A stretch of 38,372 nt of DNA, taken from UHGV virus genome UHGV-0143060; one strand, written 5' to 3'. This DNA comes from a virus. The translations under genes and the position numbers were made by a program. Within the stretch, counting starts at the first letter, position 1; the number at the start of each line of letters is the position of its first letter. Below the pieces are notes generated by a model. That model did no database searches. It saw only the letters and a list, made by a program, of their open reading frames with translations, and had not been told where the DNA came from. Shown in pieces: positions 21,543-30,786 of the stretch.

Positions 21543-22015
21543 ACCTCAATCTCTCTGACCGTTCCGCCTGCTTCTTTGAATTTTGCAAGCAGGCTGTCAG
21601 CCTTATGCTCGAACTGACCGTAACCAGCCCCCGGCAGTGAAGCCCAGATATTGCTGCAACGGTCGATTGCCTGACGGATATCACCGCGATCAATCATCGG
21701 CAAAGCGCCGCGCTCCTTAATCTGTTGCAGTGCCACAGCGTCCTGGCTTTTCGGAGAGAAGTCTTTCAGGCCAAGCTGCTTACGATAGGCATCCCACCAA
21801 CGGGAAAGAAGCTGGTAACGTCCGGCTGCTGTTGATTTGAGTTTGGGGTTTAGCGTGACAAGTTTGCGAGGGTGATCGGAGTAATCAGTGAATAGCTCCC
21901 CGCCAACAATGACGTCATAACCATGATTTCTGGTTTTCTGACGTCCGTTATCAGTTCCCTCTGACCACGCCAGCATATCGAGGAACGCCTTACGTTGATT
22001 ATTGATTTCCACCAT
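21539..22015 (-). CDS. R: Endolysin R (lytic transglycosylase)
   Basis: 158 aa, [24 protein letters not shown]... close to lambda R. Confidence 0.9.
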   Translation of the reverse strand: MVEINNQRKAFLDMLAWSEGTDNGRQKTRNHGYDVIVGGELFTDYSDHPRKLVTLNPKLKSTAAGRYQLLSRWWDAYRKQLGLKDFSPKSQDAVALQQIKERGALPMIDRGDIRQAIDRCSNIWASLPGAGYGQFEHKADSLLAKFKEAGGTVREIEV

Positions 22016-22322
22016 CTTCTACTCCGGCTTTTTTAGCAGCGAAGCGTTTGATAAGCGAACCAATCGAGTCAGTACCGATGTAGCCGATAAACACGCTCGT
22101 TATATAAGCGAGATTGCTACTTAGTCCGGCGAAGTCGAGAAGGTCACGAATGAACCAGGCGATAATGGCGCACATCGTTGCGTCGATTACTGTTTTTGTA
22201 AACGCACCGCCATTATATCTGCCGCGAAGGTACGCCATTGCAAACGCAAGGATTGCCCCGATGCCTTGTTCCTTTGCCGCGAGAATGGCGGCTAACAGGT
22301 CATGTTTTTCTGGCATCTTCAT
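21999..22322 (-). CDS. S: Holin S (S107/S105 dual start)
   Basis: [35 protein letters not shown]... close to lambda S. Confidence 0.9.
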   Translation of the reverse strand: MKMPEKHDLLAAILAAKEQGIGAILAFAMAYLRGRYNGGAFTKTVIDATMCAIIAWFIRDLLDFAGLSSNLAYITSVFIGYIGTDSIGSLIKRFAAKKAGVEDGGNQ

Positions 22323-22611
22323 GTCTTACCCCCAATAAGGGGATTTGCTCTATTTAATTAGGAATAAGGTCGATTACTGATAGAACAAATCCAGGCTACT
22401 GTGTTTAGTAATCAGATTTGTTCGTGACCGATATGCACGGGCAAAACGGCAGGAGGTTGTTAGCGCAGCCTCTTGCCACCCGCTTTCACGAAGCCAGCCA
22501 TTGCGCTGGTTTTCTTTTATGCAAAGCACACCGCACCGTAGCCACAGCGGATAAGGTGATTATTTTTGTCTGTCTGGTATTTGGTTTGATGTGCTTTCAG
22601 AAAGGTCGTGA

Positions 22612-22650
22612 TTAAAACGCAAAAAGCCCCGAGCTATTAACTCAGGGCTT
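22612..22650 (-). terminator. tR'-like terminator of the short pR' leader (6S-like RNA)
   Basis: AGCCCTGAG-TTAATAG-CTCGGGGCT hairpin followed by a TTTTTGCGTTTT run on the minus strand. Confidence 0.55.
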
Positions 22651-22684
22651 TATTTAACGAGTGCATTTATCCATCGTTGGGTCA

Positions 22685-22713
22685 AATTTACCCAACTTTA
22701 TTCAAAAAGTCAA
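22685..22713 (-). promoter_or_regulatory. Late promoter pR' (with overlapping qut region)
   Basis: Minus strand reads TTGACT-17 nt-TAAATT, nearly identical to lambda pR' as recalled. Confidence 0.7.
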
Positions 22714-22755
22714 TATCATGCCGTAAAGATGTTGCCATCCGTGGCAATCATGCCG

Positions 22756-23379
22756 CTAACGTGTGACCGCATTCAAAATATTGTCTGCGATTGACTCTTC
22801 CTTGTGGCATTGCACCACCAGAGCGTCATACAGCGGCTTAACAGTGCGTGACCAGGTGGGTTGAGTAAGGTTTGGGATTAGCATCGTTACAGCGCGATAT
22901 GCGGCGCTTGCTGGCATCCTGGAATAGCCGACGCCTTTGCATCTTCCGCACTCTTTCTCAACAACTCTCCCCCACTGCTCTGTTTTTGCTATATCAACCG
23001 CACGGCCTGTACCGTGGCAATCTCTGCATCTTGCGCCCGGCGTCGCGGCACTACGGCAATAATCCGCATAAGCGAATGTTGCGAGCACTTGCAGCACCTT
23101 TGCCTTAGTATTTCCTTCGAGCTTTGCCACACCACGGTATTTCCCCGATACCTTGTGAGCAAATTGCATCAGATAGTTGATAGCCTTTTGTTTGTCGTTC
23201 TGGCTGAGTTCGTGCTTACCGCAGAATGCAGCCATTCCGAATCCGGCTTGTGATTGCGCCATCCCCATAGCAGCCATCACATCAGTACCGGAAAGAGAGT
23301 CAGAAGCCGTAGCCCGTGGTGAGTCGCTCATCATCGGGCTTTTTGGCGAATGAAATTTAGCTACGCTTTCGAGTCTCAT
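22756..23379 (-). CDS. Q: Late antiterminator Q
   Basis: 207 aa, essentially lambda Q (MRLESVAKFHSPKSPMMSDSPRATASDSL...). Confidence 0.95.
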   Translation of the reverse strand: MRLESVAKFHSPKSPMMSDSPRATASDSLSGTDVMAAMGMAQSQAGFGMAAFCGKHELSQNDKQKAINYLMQFAHKVSGKYRGVAKLEGNTKAKVLQVLATFAYADYCRSAATPGARCRDCHGTGRAVDIAKTEQWGRVVEKECGRCKGVGYSRMPASAAYRAVTMLIPNLTQPTWSRTVKPLYDALVVQCHKEESIADNILNAVTR

Positions 23380-23564
23380 GGCCTTCCCCTTTTGCCCTGT
23401 TTGACCATCAGGACGCCGTTAACTATTATGTGACGCTCACCTTTGCTGTCTCGGTTGTACTTGAGCACTGTTCCTCTTGCGCAGGAAAGCATCCTCGCCA
23501 CTTCGGTCTGATTGCCTCGTGTCTGGATAAGAAGCTCTGGTATCGTTTGAATTGTGGCTTTCAT
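23376..23564 (-). CDS. ninH: NinH-like small DNA-binding protein
   Basis: 62 aa; GNQTEVARMLSCARGTVLKY HTH resembling lambda NinH. Confidence 0.7.
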   Translation of the reverse strand: MKATIQTIPELLIQTRGNQTEVARMLSCARGTVLKYNRDSKGERHIIVNGVLMVKQGKRGRP

Positions 23565-23923
23565 ACGTTCTCCAGTTCGGTGATTTTTATTCCAAGCCGT
23601 CCGCCTGGTACTTTCACACCACGAATTACGCGAATGTCATCGAATTGCTCGTCGTCTTCCGCAAATCCGGCGTGGATAAGGGAGTCGAGTAAACCTTTCA
23701 GGATGTTGTCGAGGTCGCGGCGGCGGGAGTCTGGAACGTCTGCGATGACTTTGATACGGAGTCGTGATTTGGTGAAAATATCTAACTTGAGTTGGCGGAT
23801 GATTTGCTGAACGTCTTTTCGGTATTTCTGGCCTTTATCGCTGATGTAGTATTGACTTCCCCGTCTTCGCCAGTAGGTATTCACCGACGGCGGGTATGGA
23901 AGCACAAACTGATATTCGTTCAT
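23561..23923 (-). CDS. rusA: Holliday junction resolvase RusA
   Basis: 120 aa, MNEYQFVLPYPPSVNTYWRRRG... typical RusA. Confidence 0.85.
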   Translation of the reverse strand: MNEYQFVLPYPPSVNTYWRRRGSQYYISDKGQKYRKDVQQIIRQLKLDIFTKSRLRIKVIADVPDSRRRDLDNILKGLLDSLIHAGFAEDDEQFDDIRVIRGVKVPGGRLGIKITELENV

Positions 23924-24210
23924 GACTTAATCTTCCCCTCCTTCAGCAGTATCGCCTGCGTCCTGATCACGCCTTCGAGGTGGTAAAGTCTGGCGTCTTT
24001 GTTGTCGAGGTTATGGGTGCGTCGGTCGATCTCCGCGTGGCAGTCACTACAAGCCCATGCGCCGATCAGGTCGTCAGGCTTCATTCCCGTTCCGCAAATT
24101 CCAGCCATCCGGTAATGTGCCAGAACTGTAGTTTCAGGGTTGCCATTGCATACGCCGTAAATACGTACCTGGCATTCTCTGCCGCGCGCTTCTTTGCGTA
24201 GGTTAGCCAT
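23920..24210 (-). CDS. DUF1364 (YbcO-like) Cys/His-containing nin-region protein
   Basis: 96 aa with CQVRIYGVC...CSDCHAEID; position upstream of rusA as in DLP12-type nin regions. Confidence 0.6.
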   Translation of the reverse strand: MANLRKEARGRECQVRIYGVCNGNPETTVLAHYRMAGICGTGMKPDDLIGAWACSDCHAEIDRRTHNLDNKDARLYHLEGVIRTQAILLKEGKIKS

Positions 24211-24932
24211 TAAGCAGCCTCCCCTGTTACTTTCAGCATTCCGTTATCGAGCAGCTTTCTGGTCAGCCACTGTTGACCACGCCCGGTGATTTTTGTGGTG
24301 AACGATATCTGTATTCCGTGATTTGTGTTGACCGCTGTTTCTTTCACTGTGAAATAGCCGCGATCCATATATTCCTGCATTGGCACATTTCGCCGGGAAC
24401 CTGAAGCAATAAGGATTTTGTGATCGCGCATCCACGCAAACAGTTTGTTTGGACCAATACCGACAACCTTTGCAAAGTTTCCAATCAAAATTCCGCTGGC
24501 CTCGCCAACGCGATCGGCAAACTCAACTTTAGGTGCGGCAATTGCGAGCTGGTTTTCCAGTTGCATTTTCTGCTCAGCAAGGTCAGCAGCAAGGCGCAAC
24601 GCTTCTGGTAGCGTTTTTGGGATATTAACCGCAGCTTCTTCAAGCTCTCGCCAACGGTCAACAAGACGAGCGGTGAATTCCGGCGACAACTGGGCAACGA
24701 CAATAATGCTGTCGCGCTTACCTTGTTCGCCTTCGAAGACGTAAGCCTCGACACTACGGCGCAGTCCTAAGTTATTGATTTTTTCGAAAACCTGCAATGC
24801 AGGAAGTTGAATAACTCCAGATTTAGCCAGGCGCTCTATTGATATTTTTACGTTATCTGGACGACTTCCCACCAACTCAGCGATTTCAATGCTTGTCATT
24901 TTGATGGCATTGCCATTTATTAACTCATTCAT
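24210..24932 (-). CDS. Rha/KilAC-type phage regulatory (antirepressor-like) protein
   Basis: 240 aa; N-terminal MNELINGNAIKMTSIEIAELVG (Rha-like) and coiled-coil C-terminal half. Confidence 0.55.
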   Translation of the reverse strand: MNELINGNAIKMTSIEIAELVGSRPDNVKISIERLAKSGVIQLPALQVFEKINNLGLRRSVEAYVFEGEQGKRDSIIVVAQLSPEFTARLVDRWRELEEAAVNIPKTLPEALRLAADLAEQKMQLENQLAIAAPKVEFADRVGEASGILIGNFAKVVGIGPNKLFAWMRDHKILIASGSRRNVPMQEYMDRGYFTVKETAVNTNHGIQISFTTKITGRGQQWLTRKLLDNGMLKVTGEAA

Positions 24933-25101
24933 CGTCTTCTTCCTCGTACATTGAGCTATTCGGATCGCTCATCAGTTCTGCGCAGCAATCGGAGCACACG
25001 TGAACTTCCAGCACATGCAGCTTCTGACCGCAGTTAGCGCACGTTAAAGCCCGCTCGACGCTTTCTTTCTGGTATTGAAGAGATTGGGATGGACTAAGCA
25101 T
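24925..25101 (-). CDS. ninF: NinF (58 aa; below the ORF-track length cutoff)
   Basis: Hand translation [58 protein letters not shown] matches lambda NinF as recalled. Confidence 0.75.
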   Translation of the reverse strand: MLSPSQSLQYQKESVERALTCANCGQKLHVLEVHVCSDCCAELMSDPNSSMYEEEDDE

Positions 25102-25459
25102 TATTGGCGTCCTGCATCATGAGAAAGACAATCATGGCTGCGCGGAGAGGGTTTTCATCTTGAGTCATATGATATGGGGTACTATCACTGCCAACTTTTC
25201 TATGCGCTGCCTTCCATAATCCATTTTCTGGCGCTGGAATAATGCCAATTCTGTTCTCTACGATAATCGGCTCTGCGTCTGATGGGCTGTTACAGTAATC
25301 AACCGTTTTTATTGCATAACCAGTTTCGTCATCCCACTCAACACCAACGATTGATGTTCCCAACTTTGCGATTTCGCAATCTTCGGGAGCAAATCCACAG
25401 CAAATTGCCACTCGCTTGTTAATTTCAAAATCACTTAACTGTGAATAATCCATTGTCAT
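25094..25459 (-). CDS. NinX-like hypothetical protein
   Basis: About 121 aa; ATG at 25459 forms an ATGA overlap with the ninE stop. Confidence 0.5.
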   Translation of the reverse strand: MTMDYSQLSDFEINKRVAICCGFAPEDCEIAKLGTSIVGVEWDDETGYAIKTVDYCNSPSDAEPIIVENRIGIIPAPENGLWKAAHRKVGSDSTPYHMTQDENPLRAAMIVFLMMQDANNA

Positions 25460-25632
25460 TTCCTCGCACGATGTCTTAGCCACCGGATATCCCACAGGTG
25501 AGCCGTGTAATTGAAGGTTTTTACGTCAGATTCTTTTGGGATTGGCTTGCGTTTATTTCTGGAGCGTTTCGTTGGAAGGTATTTGCAGTTTTCACAGATT
25601 ATGTCGGTGATACTTCGTCGCTGTCGTCTCAT
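25456..25632 (-). CDS. ninE: NinE
   Basis: [58 protein letters not shown]; ATGA coupling to ninB. Confidence 0.75.
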   Translation of the reverse strand: MRRQRRSITDIICENCKYLPTKRSRNKRKPIPKESDVKTFNYTAHLWDIRWLRHRARK

Positions 25633-26069
25633 GCAGCCCTGTCTCCCCATCTCGCTTTCCATTCCAGAGCCAGTCGCGCTTCGTCTGACCACTTAACGCC
25701 ATGCTCTGTACCGAATGCCTGTATAAGCTCTAATAGCTCCGCAAATTCGCTTACACGCATCCTGCTGGTTGACTGGCCTATTACCACAAAGCCATTCCCG
25801 GCAAGGTTAGGAACAACGTCCTGCTGCTTTAATGCTGCGGTAAACACACACTTCCAGCTTTCTGCATCCAGCCAGCGACCATGCCATTCAACCTGACGAG
25901 AGACGTCACCAAGGCAAGCCCAAAGCTTTCGATTCTGGTCTAAGCTGCGGTTGCGTTCCTGAATGGTTACTACGATTGGTTTGGTTGGGTCTGGAAGGAT
26001 TTGCTGTACTGCGTGAATAGCGTTTTGCTGATGTGCTGGAGATCGAATTTCAAAGGTTAGCTTTTTCAT
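25629..26069 (-). CDS. ninB: NinB recombination protein
   Basis: [54 protein letters not shown]... close to lambda NinB (146 aa). Confidence 0.9.
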   Translation of the reverse strand: MKKLTFEIRSPAHQQNAIHAVQQILPDPTKPIVVTIQERNRSLDQNRKLWACLGDVSRQVEWHGRWLDAESWKCVFTAALKQQDVVPNLAGNGFVVIGQSTSRMRVSEFAELLELIQAFGTEHGVKWSDEARLALEWKARWGDRAA

Positions 26070-26084
26070 GACTTCCCTCTCCCC

Positions 26085-26117
26085 CAAATAAAAAGGCCTG
26101 CGATTACCAGCAGGCCT
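26085..26117 (-). terminator. tR2-like terminator between the replication and nin genes
   Basis: AGGCCTGC-loop-GCAGGCCT hairpin followed by TTTTTATTTGG on the minus strand. Confidence 0.55.
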
Positions 26118-26146
26118 GTTATTAGCTCAGTGATGTAGATGGTCAT

Positions 26147-28027
26147 TTAATACTCCGTCACGTTTTCCTGTCGCCACGCCTCGTCATATTCCGATTTCGG
26201 CATATTGGCGATGTAGCTATATGGCGATCCTGATTCAAGTTGCAGGAACTGGTGCGATTGCTCGTCAAGGAACAACGGGACACCACCCTCCCAACCTTCG
26301 CCGTTACGTTGTTTTTCAAGCATCAAAACAGATGCCGGAGATGCCAGTAGCTGTTCGTCCTTCTCTGACATCTTTTCACCACTCTGAACTCTCTGTAACG
26401 CTCTCTCGCGAGCCTTGTTACGCCAGATGATGAAAAGGTTGTCTGTCAGGTCTGTTATCGCTCCAGAGCCTTTTACGTCCATTTTCCCGGTTGGTTTTTC
26501 TTCGCTGTCTCCTTTTCGCGAGTGAGTAACGAGAATGACGTGGGAGTTTGTTTTGTTTTTGAAGTCGCAAATCGAGTCAACAAACGCCTTCTGCCCGTTA
26601 TAGTCATCGTCGCCTATGCCACATTTCATCAGGCTGTCGATGATGAATAACTGGATACCGTATCGGCGGCGAGCGTAGTCGAATATTTCGATCAGCCTGT
26701 CGGCTTTCGCCGTTCCGGTCAGGCCAAACACCCAAAGTCTTTCGTCATAAAATTTAAATGCAGAGTCAATTTCCAGCACTGGCGGCATCTTGCAGCACGT
26801 TGCCTGACGGGTAAGTCGCTTAAGGAGAATGCCTGGCTTCAGCTCAAGTGACGCGATGCACGTCTTCACACCCTGACGCATTGCCTCAAGTGCCATATGC
26901 CCGACAACCTCCGTTTTTCCGTGACCGTTCACACCATTGACCAGCGTCAACTCTGCCTCACGGAACTGGAATTTATCTGCCAGAGATTCCCACGGTGGAT
27001 TAAACAGATACTGCTGCTTGCCGTAGAAAGCGTTGATAGTGTCCTGGTAAAACTCTCGCGCACTGTAGAGTTCTTCAGGATCGAAGTAGGATGCCGTGCC
27101 GATGTACTGCCAGATTTCATCCTCGGTAACACCGTTCATCAGGCATTCGTTGATGTCTTTGTACGGCAGAGTAACAAGACGGCAACGATGTTCACCGAGT
27201 CGGCTTGCGATTTCCCTTGCGGCTTCACGACCAACATCATCAACGTCCATCGAGATGAATATCTCCTCAAACCTGTCGAGGTTGTGATACTCAAACTCAA
27301 TCCACTGTTGCTTAGCACCTTTCCCGCCACCAAACGGCACGGATAACGCCGAGATGCCGTATTGCGCATAGCTCATACAATCAATTTCGCCTTCGCAAAG
27401 CACAACCGCCCTCACGCCAGCGTCCAGAGCCTGCCATCCGAACAGACAAGGTTCGCAATCACCTTCTGCCATAATGACTTTCTTCCCGTCCGGGCGCTCA
27501 GTGCTGATTCGCTTGACCTGCAACAACTCACCATCGCGTTTGTACGGAAGCACCAGAGCATCCAGTTCTTGTTCTCCATTCCACACCTTGCCGCTGACAA
27601 CCTCGTAGCGCTTTACGACTTCTGGCGATATGCCACGCGATTGCAGGTACTCAAGATGGGATTCTGTTCTGGTAACGTAGCGGGCGATTTTCTTGCGATC
27701 AGGTCTGGAGAATTTCTTCTCACGTTTGGCATCGAAATGGTGATCGTCATCCTTGATACCGAGAAATGCTTTCGCTTCCTGCATAGCCTGATGCAGGTTA
27801 ATTCCTCGACATGCCATCCACAAATCAAGCATGTCACCGCCGTCTCCCTCAGCGAAATCAGCCCATTTTTTCTTGCCGCTAAGGTTGACCTTAAGGCTGT
27901 TTCCCTTGTCACCGTTGACGTTACCGGCAACCCACTCATGCCCCTCTTTCTTGCCGTTCGGCAACAGGTGCGGAGCCACCCTGTCAACCTGCGCCCAAAG
28001 CAGGTCGCTAAGTTCACTTGGCGTCAT
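26147..28027 (-). CDS. Bifunctional DNA primase/helicase (Toprim-type primase N-half, DnaB/RecA-like helicase C-half)
   Basis: 626 aa; acidic Toprim-like LCEGEIDCMSYAQYG...MDVDDVG; helicase half LVNGVNGHGKTEV (Walker A-like) and LFIIDSLMK (Walker B-like). Confidence 0.75.
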   Translation of the reverse strand: MTPSELSDLLWAQVDRVAPHLLPNGKKEGHEWVAGNVNGDKGNSLKVNLSGKKKWADFAEGDGGDMLDLWMACRGINLHQAMQEAKAFLGIKDDDHHFDAKREKKFSRPDRKKIARYVTRTESHLEYLQSRGISPEVVKRYEVVSGKVWNGEQELDALVLPYKRDGELLQVKRISTERPDGKKVIMAEGDCEPCLFGWQALDAGVRAVVLCEGEIDCMSYAQYGISALSVPFGGGKGAKQQWIEFEYHNLDRFEEIFISMDVDDVGREAAREIASRLGEHRCRLVTLPYKDINECLMNGVTEDEIWQYIGTASYFDPEELYSAREFYQDTINAFYGKQQYLFNPPWESLADKFQFREAELTLVNGVNGHGKTEVVGHMALEAMRQGVKTCIASLELKPGILLKRLTRQATCCKMPPVLEIDSAFKFYDERLWVFGLTGTAKADRLIEIFDYARRRYGIQLFIIDSLMKCGIGDDDYNGQKAFVDSICDFKNKTNSHVILVTHSRKGDSEEKPTGKMDVKGSGAITDLTDNLFIIWRNKARERALQRVQSGEKMSEKDEQLLASPASVLMLEKQRNGEGWEGGVPLFLDEQSHQFLQLESGSPYSYIANMPKSEYDEAWRQENVTEY

Positions 28028-28131
28028 GATTCCCTCAGATTGAGATTTTTAAACCAGAAATCGACAAACGAAATACTTAACCAGCCGTGGTTATAACCAG
28101 CGACCAGTAGCGATTTGATTTTTGATTTCAT
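28024..28131 (-). CDS. Possible 35-aa hydrophobic peptide between initiator and primase-helicase
   Basis: AGGTGA RBS before ATG at 28131; stop overlaps the primase ATG (ATGA); hand-translated MKSKIKSLLVAGYNHGWLSISFVDFWFKNLNLRES. Confidence 0.25.
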   Translation of the reverse strand: MKSKIKSLLVAGYNHGWLSISFVDFWFKNLNLRES

Positions 28132-28134
28132 GGT

Positions 28135-28995
28135 TCACCTGTCGAAAAACACGTAGCCAGTTTTCGATACGGTGATTGCGGATGATGGTTTAGATTGTGG
28201 TTGAATGGTTTCTGGCTTTTCGTCGTTCCAGCGCTGACCGTTCAGGTAGCTCGATGGTAACAACCTGTCGAATCCGAACTGCTTACCATTCCTGCATGCG
28301 ATGTCTTCTGCCAGCATCGTGGCAAACTCGCTTGCCGTACCCTTGGTAGTTTTACGCCATTCCCTGAACTGTGTTCTGAATGCCGTAGCTGCGTTTTTCT
28401 TCCCGGCTTTCCGCATGCCTGCACACCAGAATATTTCCTCGAATGCCTTGTCGGTTTCTTCGTGACGGTCAGGTGATTTTTCACACTCCGTCCGAACACT
28501 TTCGGACATAGTGTTTTTATTATTTCTTTTTTCTTTTGTAATAGTTTCTTTTGTGTGTCCCTGTTTTGGTGACAGCGCTGTCACCGTTTTGGTGACACTT
28601 TTTGTCACCAATGCAGTGACATTATCACCAGAGTAGTGACACCCTTCGATTTTCCATTCTTCGATGTTCTTGTTAGGCCCGATTTGCTGGCCTTCGCGAA
28701 GGATAACCTTCATCGCGATAAGCTCATTCTTGGCCTTGTTTACCTTCTGTCTTGGCAGCCTGGTAATTTGAGCTAACTGACTATCAGAGATGCGATCCAT
28801 CTTTTTACCGTAGCCGTATGTTTTACGGCATATGGCGTGGGCAACCTTGCTCTGATTTTTCGTTAAATCTGCGCCGATAAGCTCTTCATACAGGGCATTT
28901 GCAAGACGGGTATAACCATCTTCAACTTCTGCCACACGACGCTCCACAGGCCGTTGTGAAGGCCTTAAATGTGTTACGGTTGCAAGATTACTCAT
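28135..28995 (-). CDS. Replication initiator with lambda O-like N-terminal ori-binding domain
   Basis: [56 protein letters not shown] resembles the lambda O N-terminus; C-terminal half differs. Confidence 0.8.
   Translation of the reverse strand: MSNLATVTHLRPSQRPVERRVAEVEDGYTRLANALYEELIGADLTKNQSKVAHAICRKTYGYGKKMDRISDSQLAQITRLPRQKVNKAKNELIAMKVILREGQQIGPNKNIEEWKIEGCHYSGDNVTALVTKSVTKTVTALSPKQGHTKETITKEKRNNKNTMSESVRTECEKSPDRHEETDKAFEEIFWCAGMRKAGKKNAATAFRTQFREWRKTTKGTASEFATMLAEDIACRNGKQFGFDRLLPSSYLNGQRWNDEKPETIQPQSKPSSAITVSKTGYVFFDR
28511..28650. repeat. Origin of replication inside the initiator gene: GTGACA/TGTCACC iteron array plus adjacent AT-rich tract
   Basis: At least five GGTGACA/TGTCACC copies in alternating orientation within about 90 bp (28560-28650), next to an AT-rich stretch (28511-28560); encodes the [10 protein letters not shown] repeat of the protein. 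Confidence 0.7.
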
Positions 28996-29134
28996 GACCT
29001 TTCTCCTTCTGCATCAGCTTCACTTTTTCCAACTCAGCCCGGAATCGACCAGGCTGCTTGAAGCTGGACAGGAAGCGATCACGTAGTATGTGTTTGTGAA
29101 TTTTGTCCTGGTAAGGACTGAGTTGTTTTGTCAT
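28990..29134 (-). CDS. Possible small ORF (48 aa) between the cII-like gene and the initiator
   Basis: Hand-translated [48 protein letters not shown]; no clear RBS. Confidence 0.3.
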
Positions 29135-29168
29135 AATTACTCCTGTGGATTGATCCAGTCTTTCTACA

Positions 29169-29447
29169 TCAGGCCTCGAAGAATTCGCCGTTCTTCGGGG
29201 CTTTTTCTTTTGTCAGCATTCTGGCTACTTTCTTAGCCAGTTCCGCCAACTCCTCGTCTTCAACACCCCATTCAAGAACAGCCAGAAGCATTCCCATTTT
29301 TGGGATAAAGCTGTCTTTCCATCGCGAAATTTGCGATTCATTAATCCCTAACGCATCAGCAACCTTTCGCTGACCACGTACAGCAATTCGATTCAGGATG
29401 TTGCTTGTAATTGCATTCGCTTTCTTGCGAGTACTTGTAAGTTCCAT
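29169..29447 (-). CDS. CII-like transcriptional activator (P22 c1 position)
   Basis: [39 protein letters not shown] resembles lambda CII HTH; AAGGAA RBS before ATG at 29447; tabulated ORF extends further upstream. Confidence 0.75.
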   Translation of the reverse strand: MELTSTRKKANAITSNILNRIAVRGQRKVADALGINESQISRWKDSFIPKMGMLLAVLEWGVEDEELAELAKKVARMLTKEKAPKNGEFFEA

Positions 29448-29504
29448 ATGTAAGTATTTCCTTAACAAATAAGAAGTTATGCGCATCAACTTATGCGCGT
29501 TGTA

Positions 29505-29550
29505 TTCCCGCATTTCGGCGGGAATGAGGACCATGACTGTTAAAGAGCAA
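29505..29550 (-). promoter_or_regulatory. nutR (boxA plus boxB hairpin)
   Basis: Minus strand TGCTCTTTAACA (boxA-like) then TTCCCGCCGAAATGCGGGAA hairpin; the same boxA/boxB pair recurs as nutL on the + strand. Confidence 0.65.
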
Positions 29551-29555
29551 TTTGC

Positions 29556-29741
29556 TTATGCCGCTTTGCGGTAAGCGCTTTCTTGATACTTCAGGGCGCC
29601 AGCTGTAACGACTTCCAGTCGATAGGCGTCTTTCTCTGGGATGACTTCCTTCCACTGAGAGACTGCTGCGTCGCTAATGCCTAACGCTTTAGCTACAGCA
29701 CGCTGGGTTCCGAAGTGGTCGATAACATCTTTCTTGTACAT
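29556..29741 (-). CDS. cro: Cro
   Basis: MYKKDVIDHFGTQRAVAKALGISDAAVSQWKEVIPEKDAYRLEVVTAGALKYQESAYRKAA matches P22 Cro. Confidence 0.9.
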   Translation of the reverse strand: MYKKDVIDHFGTQRAVAKALGISDAAVSQWKEVIPEKDAYRLEVVTAGALKYQESAYRKAA

Positions 29742-29821
29742 AGACTCGCTCCGAAATTAAAGAACACTTAAATTATCCACTAAAGGAATCTTAAGTCAAG
29801 TTTATTTAAGATGTCTTAACT
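29742..29821. promoter_or_regulatory. OR operator region with pR (and presumably pRM)
   Basis: Minus strand TTGACT-17 nt-ATAATT promoter toward cro; P22-type operator-like ATTTAAGATGTCTTAACT. Confidence 0.65.
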
Positions 29822-30472
29822 ATGAAAACTCAATTGATGGGAGAGCGCATTCGCGCTCGGAGAAAAGAACTCAAGATCAGGCAGGCCGCACTTGGAAAGA
29901 TGGTCGGCGTGTCTAATGTTGCCATATCTCAGTGGGAACGCTCTGAGACAGAGCCAAATGGAGAGAATCTTCTCGCCCTGGCTAATGCGTTGAAGTGTTC
30001 CCCTGACTATCTGATGAAAGGAGAGGAAAGTCTTTCAAACATTGCCTATCACAGTAGGCATGATCCAAGAGGGTCATACCCTCTGATTAGCTGGGTGAGC
30101 GCAGGATGCTGGATGGAAGCTGTAGAACCATATCATAAGCGTGCAATAGATAACTGGTACGATACAACCGTAGACTGTTCAGACGATTCGTTTTGGTTGG
30201 ACGTGAAGGGAGACTCAATGACGGCTCCGGCCGGTCTCAGTATCCCTGAAGGAATGATAATACTCGTCGATCCTGAAGTAGAGCCGCGTAACGGGAAACT
30301 GGTAGTTGCAAAGCTCGAAGGAGAAAACGAGGCAACTTTCAAGAAGTTAGTTATTGATGCAGGCAGGAAGTTTCTAAAACCACTTAACCCACAATATCCG
30401 ATGATCGAGATCAACGGGAACTGCAAAATCATCGGCGTAGTTGTCGATGCAAAACTAGCAAACCTTCCATAA
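29822..30472 (+). CDS. c2: C2 repressor (P22 immC type)
   Basis: 216 aa, MKTQLMGERIRARRKELKIRQAALGKMVGVSNVAISQWERSETEPNGENLLAL... matches P22 C2 including the LexA-like C-terminal domain. Confidence 0.95.
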   Translation: MKTQLMGERIRARRKELKIRQAALGKMVGVSNVAISQWERSETEPNGENLLALANALKCSPDYLMKGEESLSNIAYHSRHDPRGSYPLISWVSAGCWMEAVEPYHKRAIDNWYDTTVDCSDDSFWLDVKGDSMTAPAGLSIPEGMIILVDPEVEPRNGKLVVAKLEGENEATFKKLVIDAGRKFLKPLNPQYPMIEINGNCKIIGVVVDAKLANLP

Positions 30473-30497
30473 GGGGGCATTCGCCCCTTTTTTTTAT
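30471..30497 (+). terminator. Rho-independent terminator after c2
   Basis: GGGGGC-ATT-CGCCCC hairpin followed by TTTTTTTT. Confidence 0.6.
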
Positions 30498-30504
30498 TTC
30501 CTTT

Positions 30505-30600
30505 AAAAATCAAAGCCAAACTTAAGTTACGAAAGAAAATTTAAGTTTTCTTCAAAAATACTCTTGACCATTAATTAAAGAGATCTTAAATTTAAGCCAT
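30505..30600 (+). promoter_or_regulatory. OL operators and pL promoter
   Basis: TTGACC (30564-30569)-17 nt-TAAATT (30587-30592); operator-like AAACTTAAGTTACGAAAG, AAATTTAAGTTTTCTTCA, AAAGAGATCTTAAATTTAA. Confidence 0.65.
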
Positions 30601-30637
30601 CAGCAGGACGCTGGTAGCCAAACGGAACAGATTGGCA

Positions 30638-30680
30638 GGCTCTTTAACATTGATGGGATTGTCCCGCCGAAATGCGGGAA
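30638..30680 (+). promoter_or_regulatory. nutL (boxA plus boxB hairpin)
   Basis: GGCTCTTTAACA then TCCCGCCGAAATGCGGGA hairpin upstream of N. Confidence 0.65.
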
Positions 30681-30786
30681 CCAAAGAGTAGTTGGCTTTG
30701 GGGTGATGTGAAGTGCAGATGCACGACGGCAACCGGAAGATAAGCACCCGGCGCGTCACCGCCAAAGTCAATCATCGGAGGTCAAC

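Noticed and set aside
22418-22615. 65-aa + strand ORF between tR' and S
   Set aside because: It sits in the late leader on the wrong strand with no RBS and a Cys/His-rich low-complexity translation.
28511-28650. GTGACA/TGTCACC repeat array as a CRISPR array or transposon end
   Set aside because: The repeats are short, in alternating orientation, lie inside the initiator coding sequence and have no spacer structure; this fits origin iterons.
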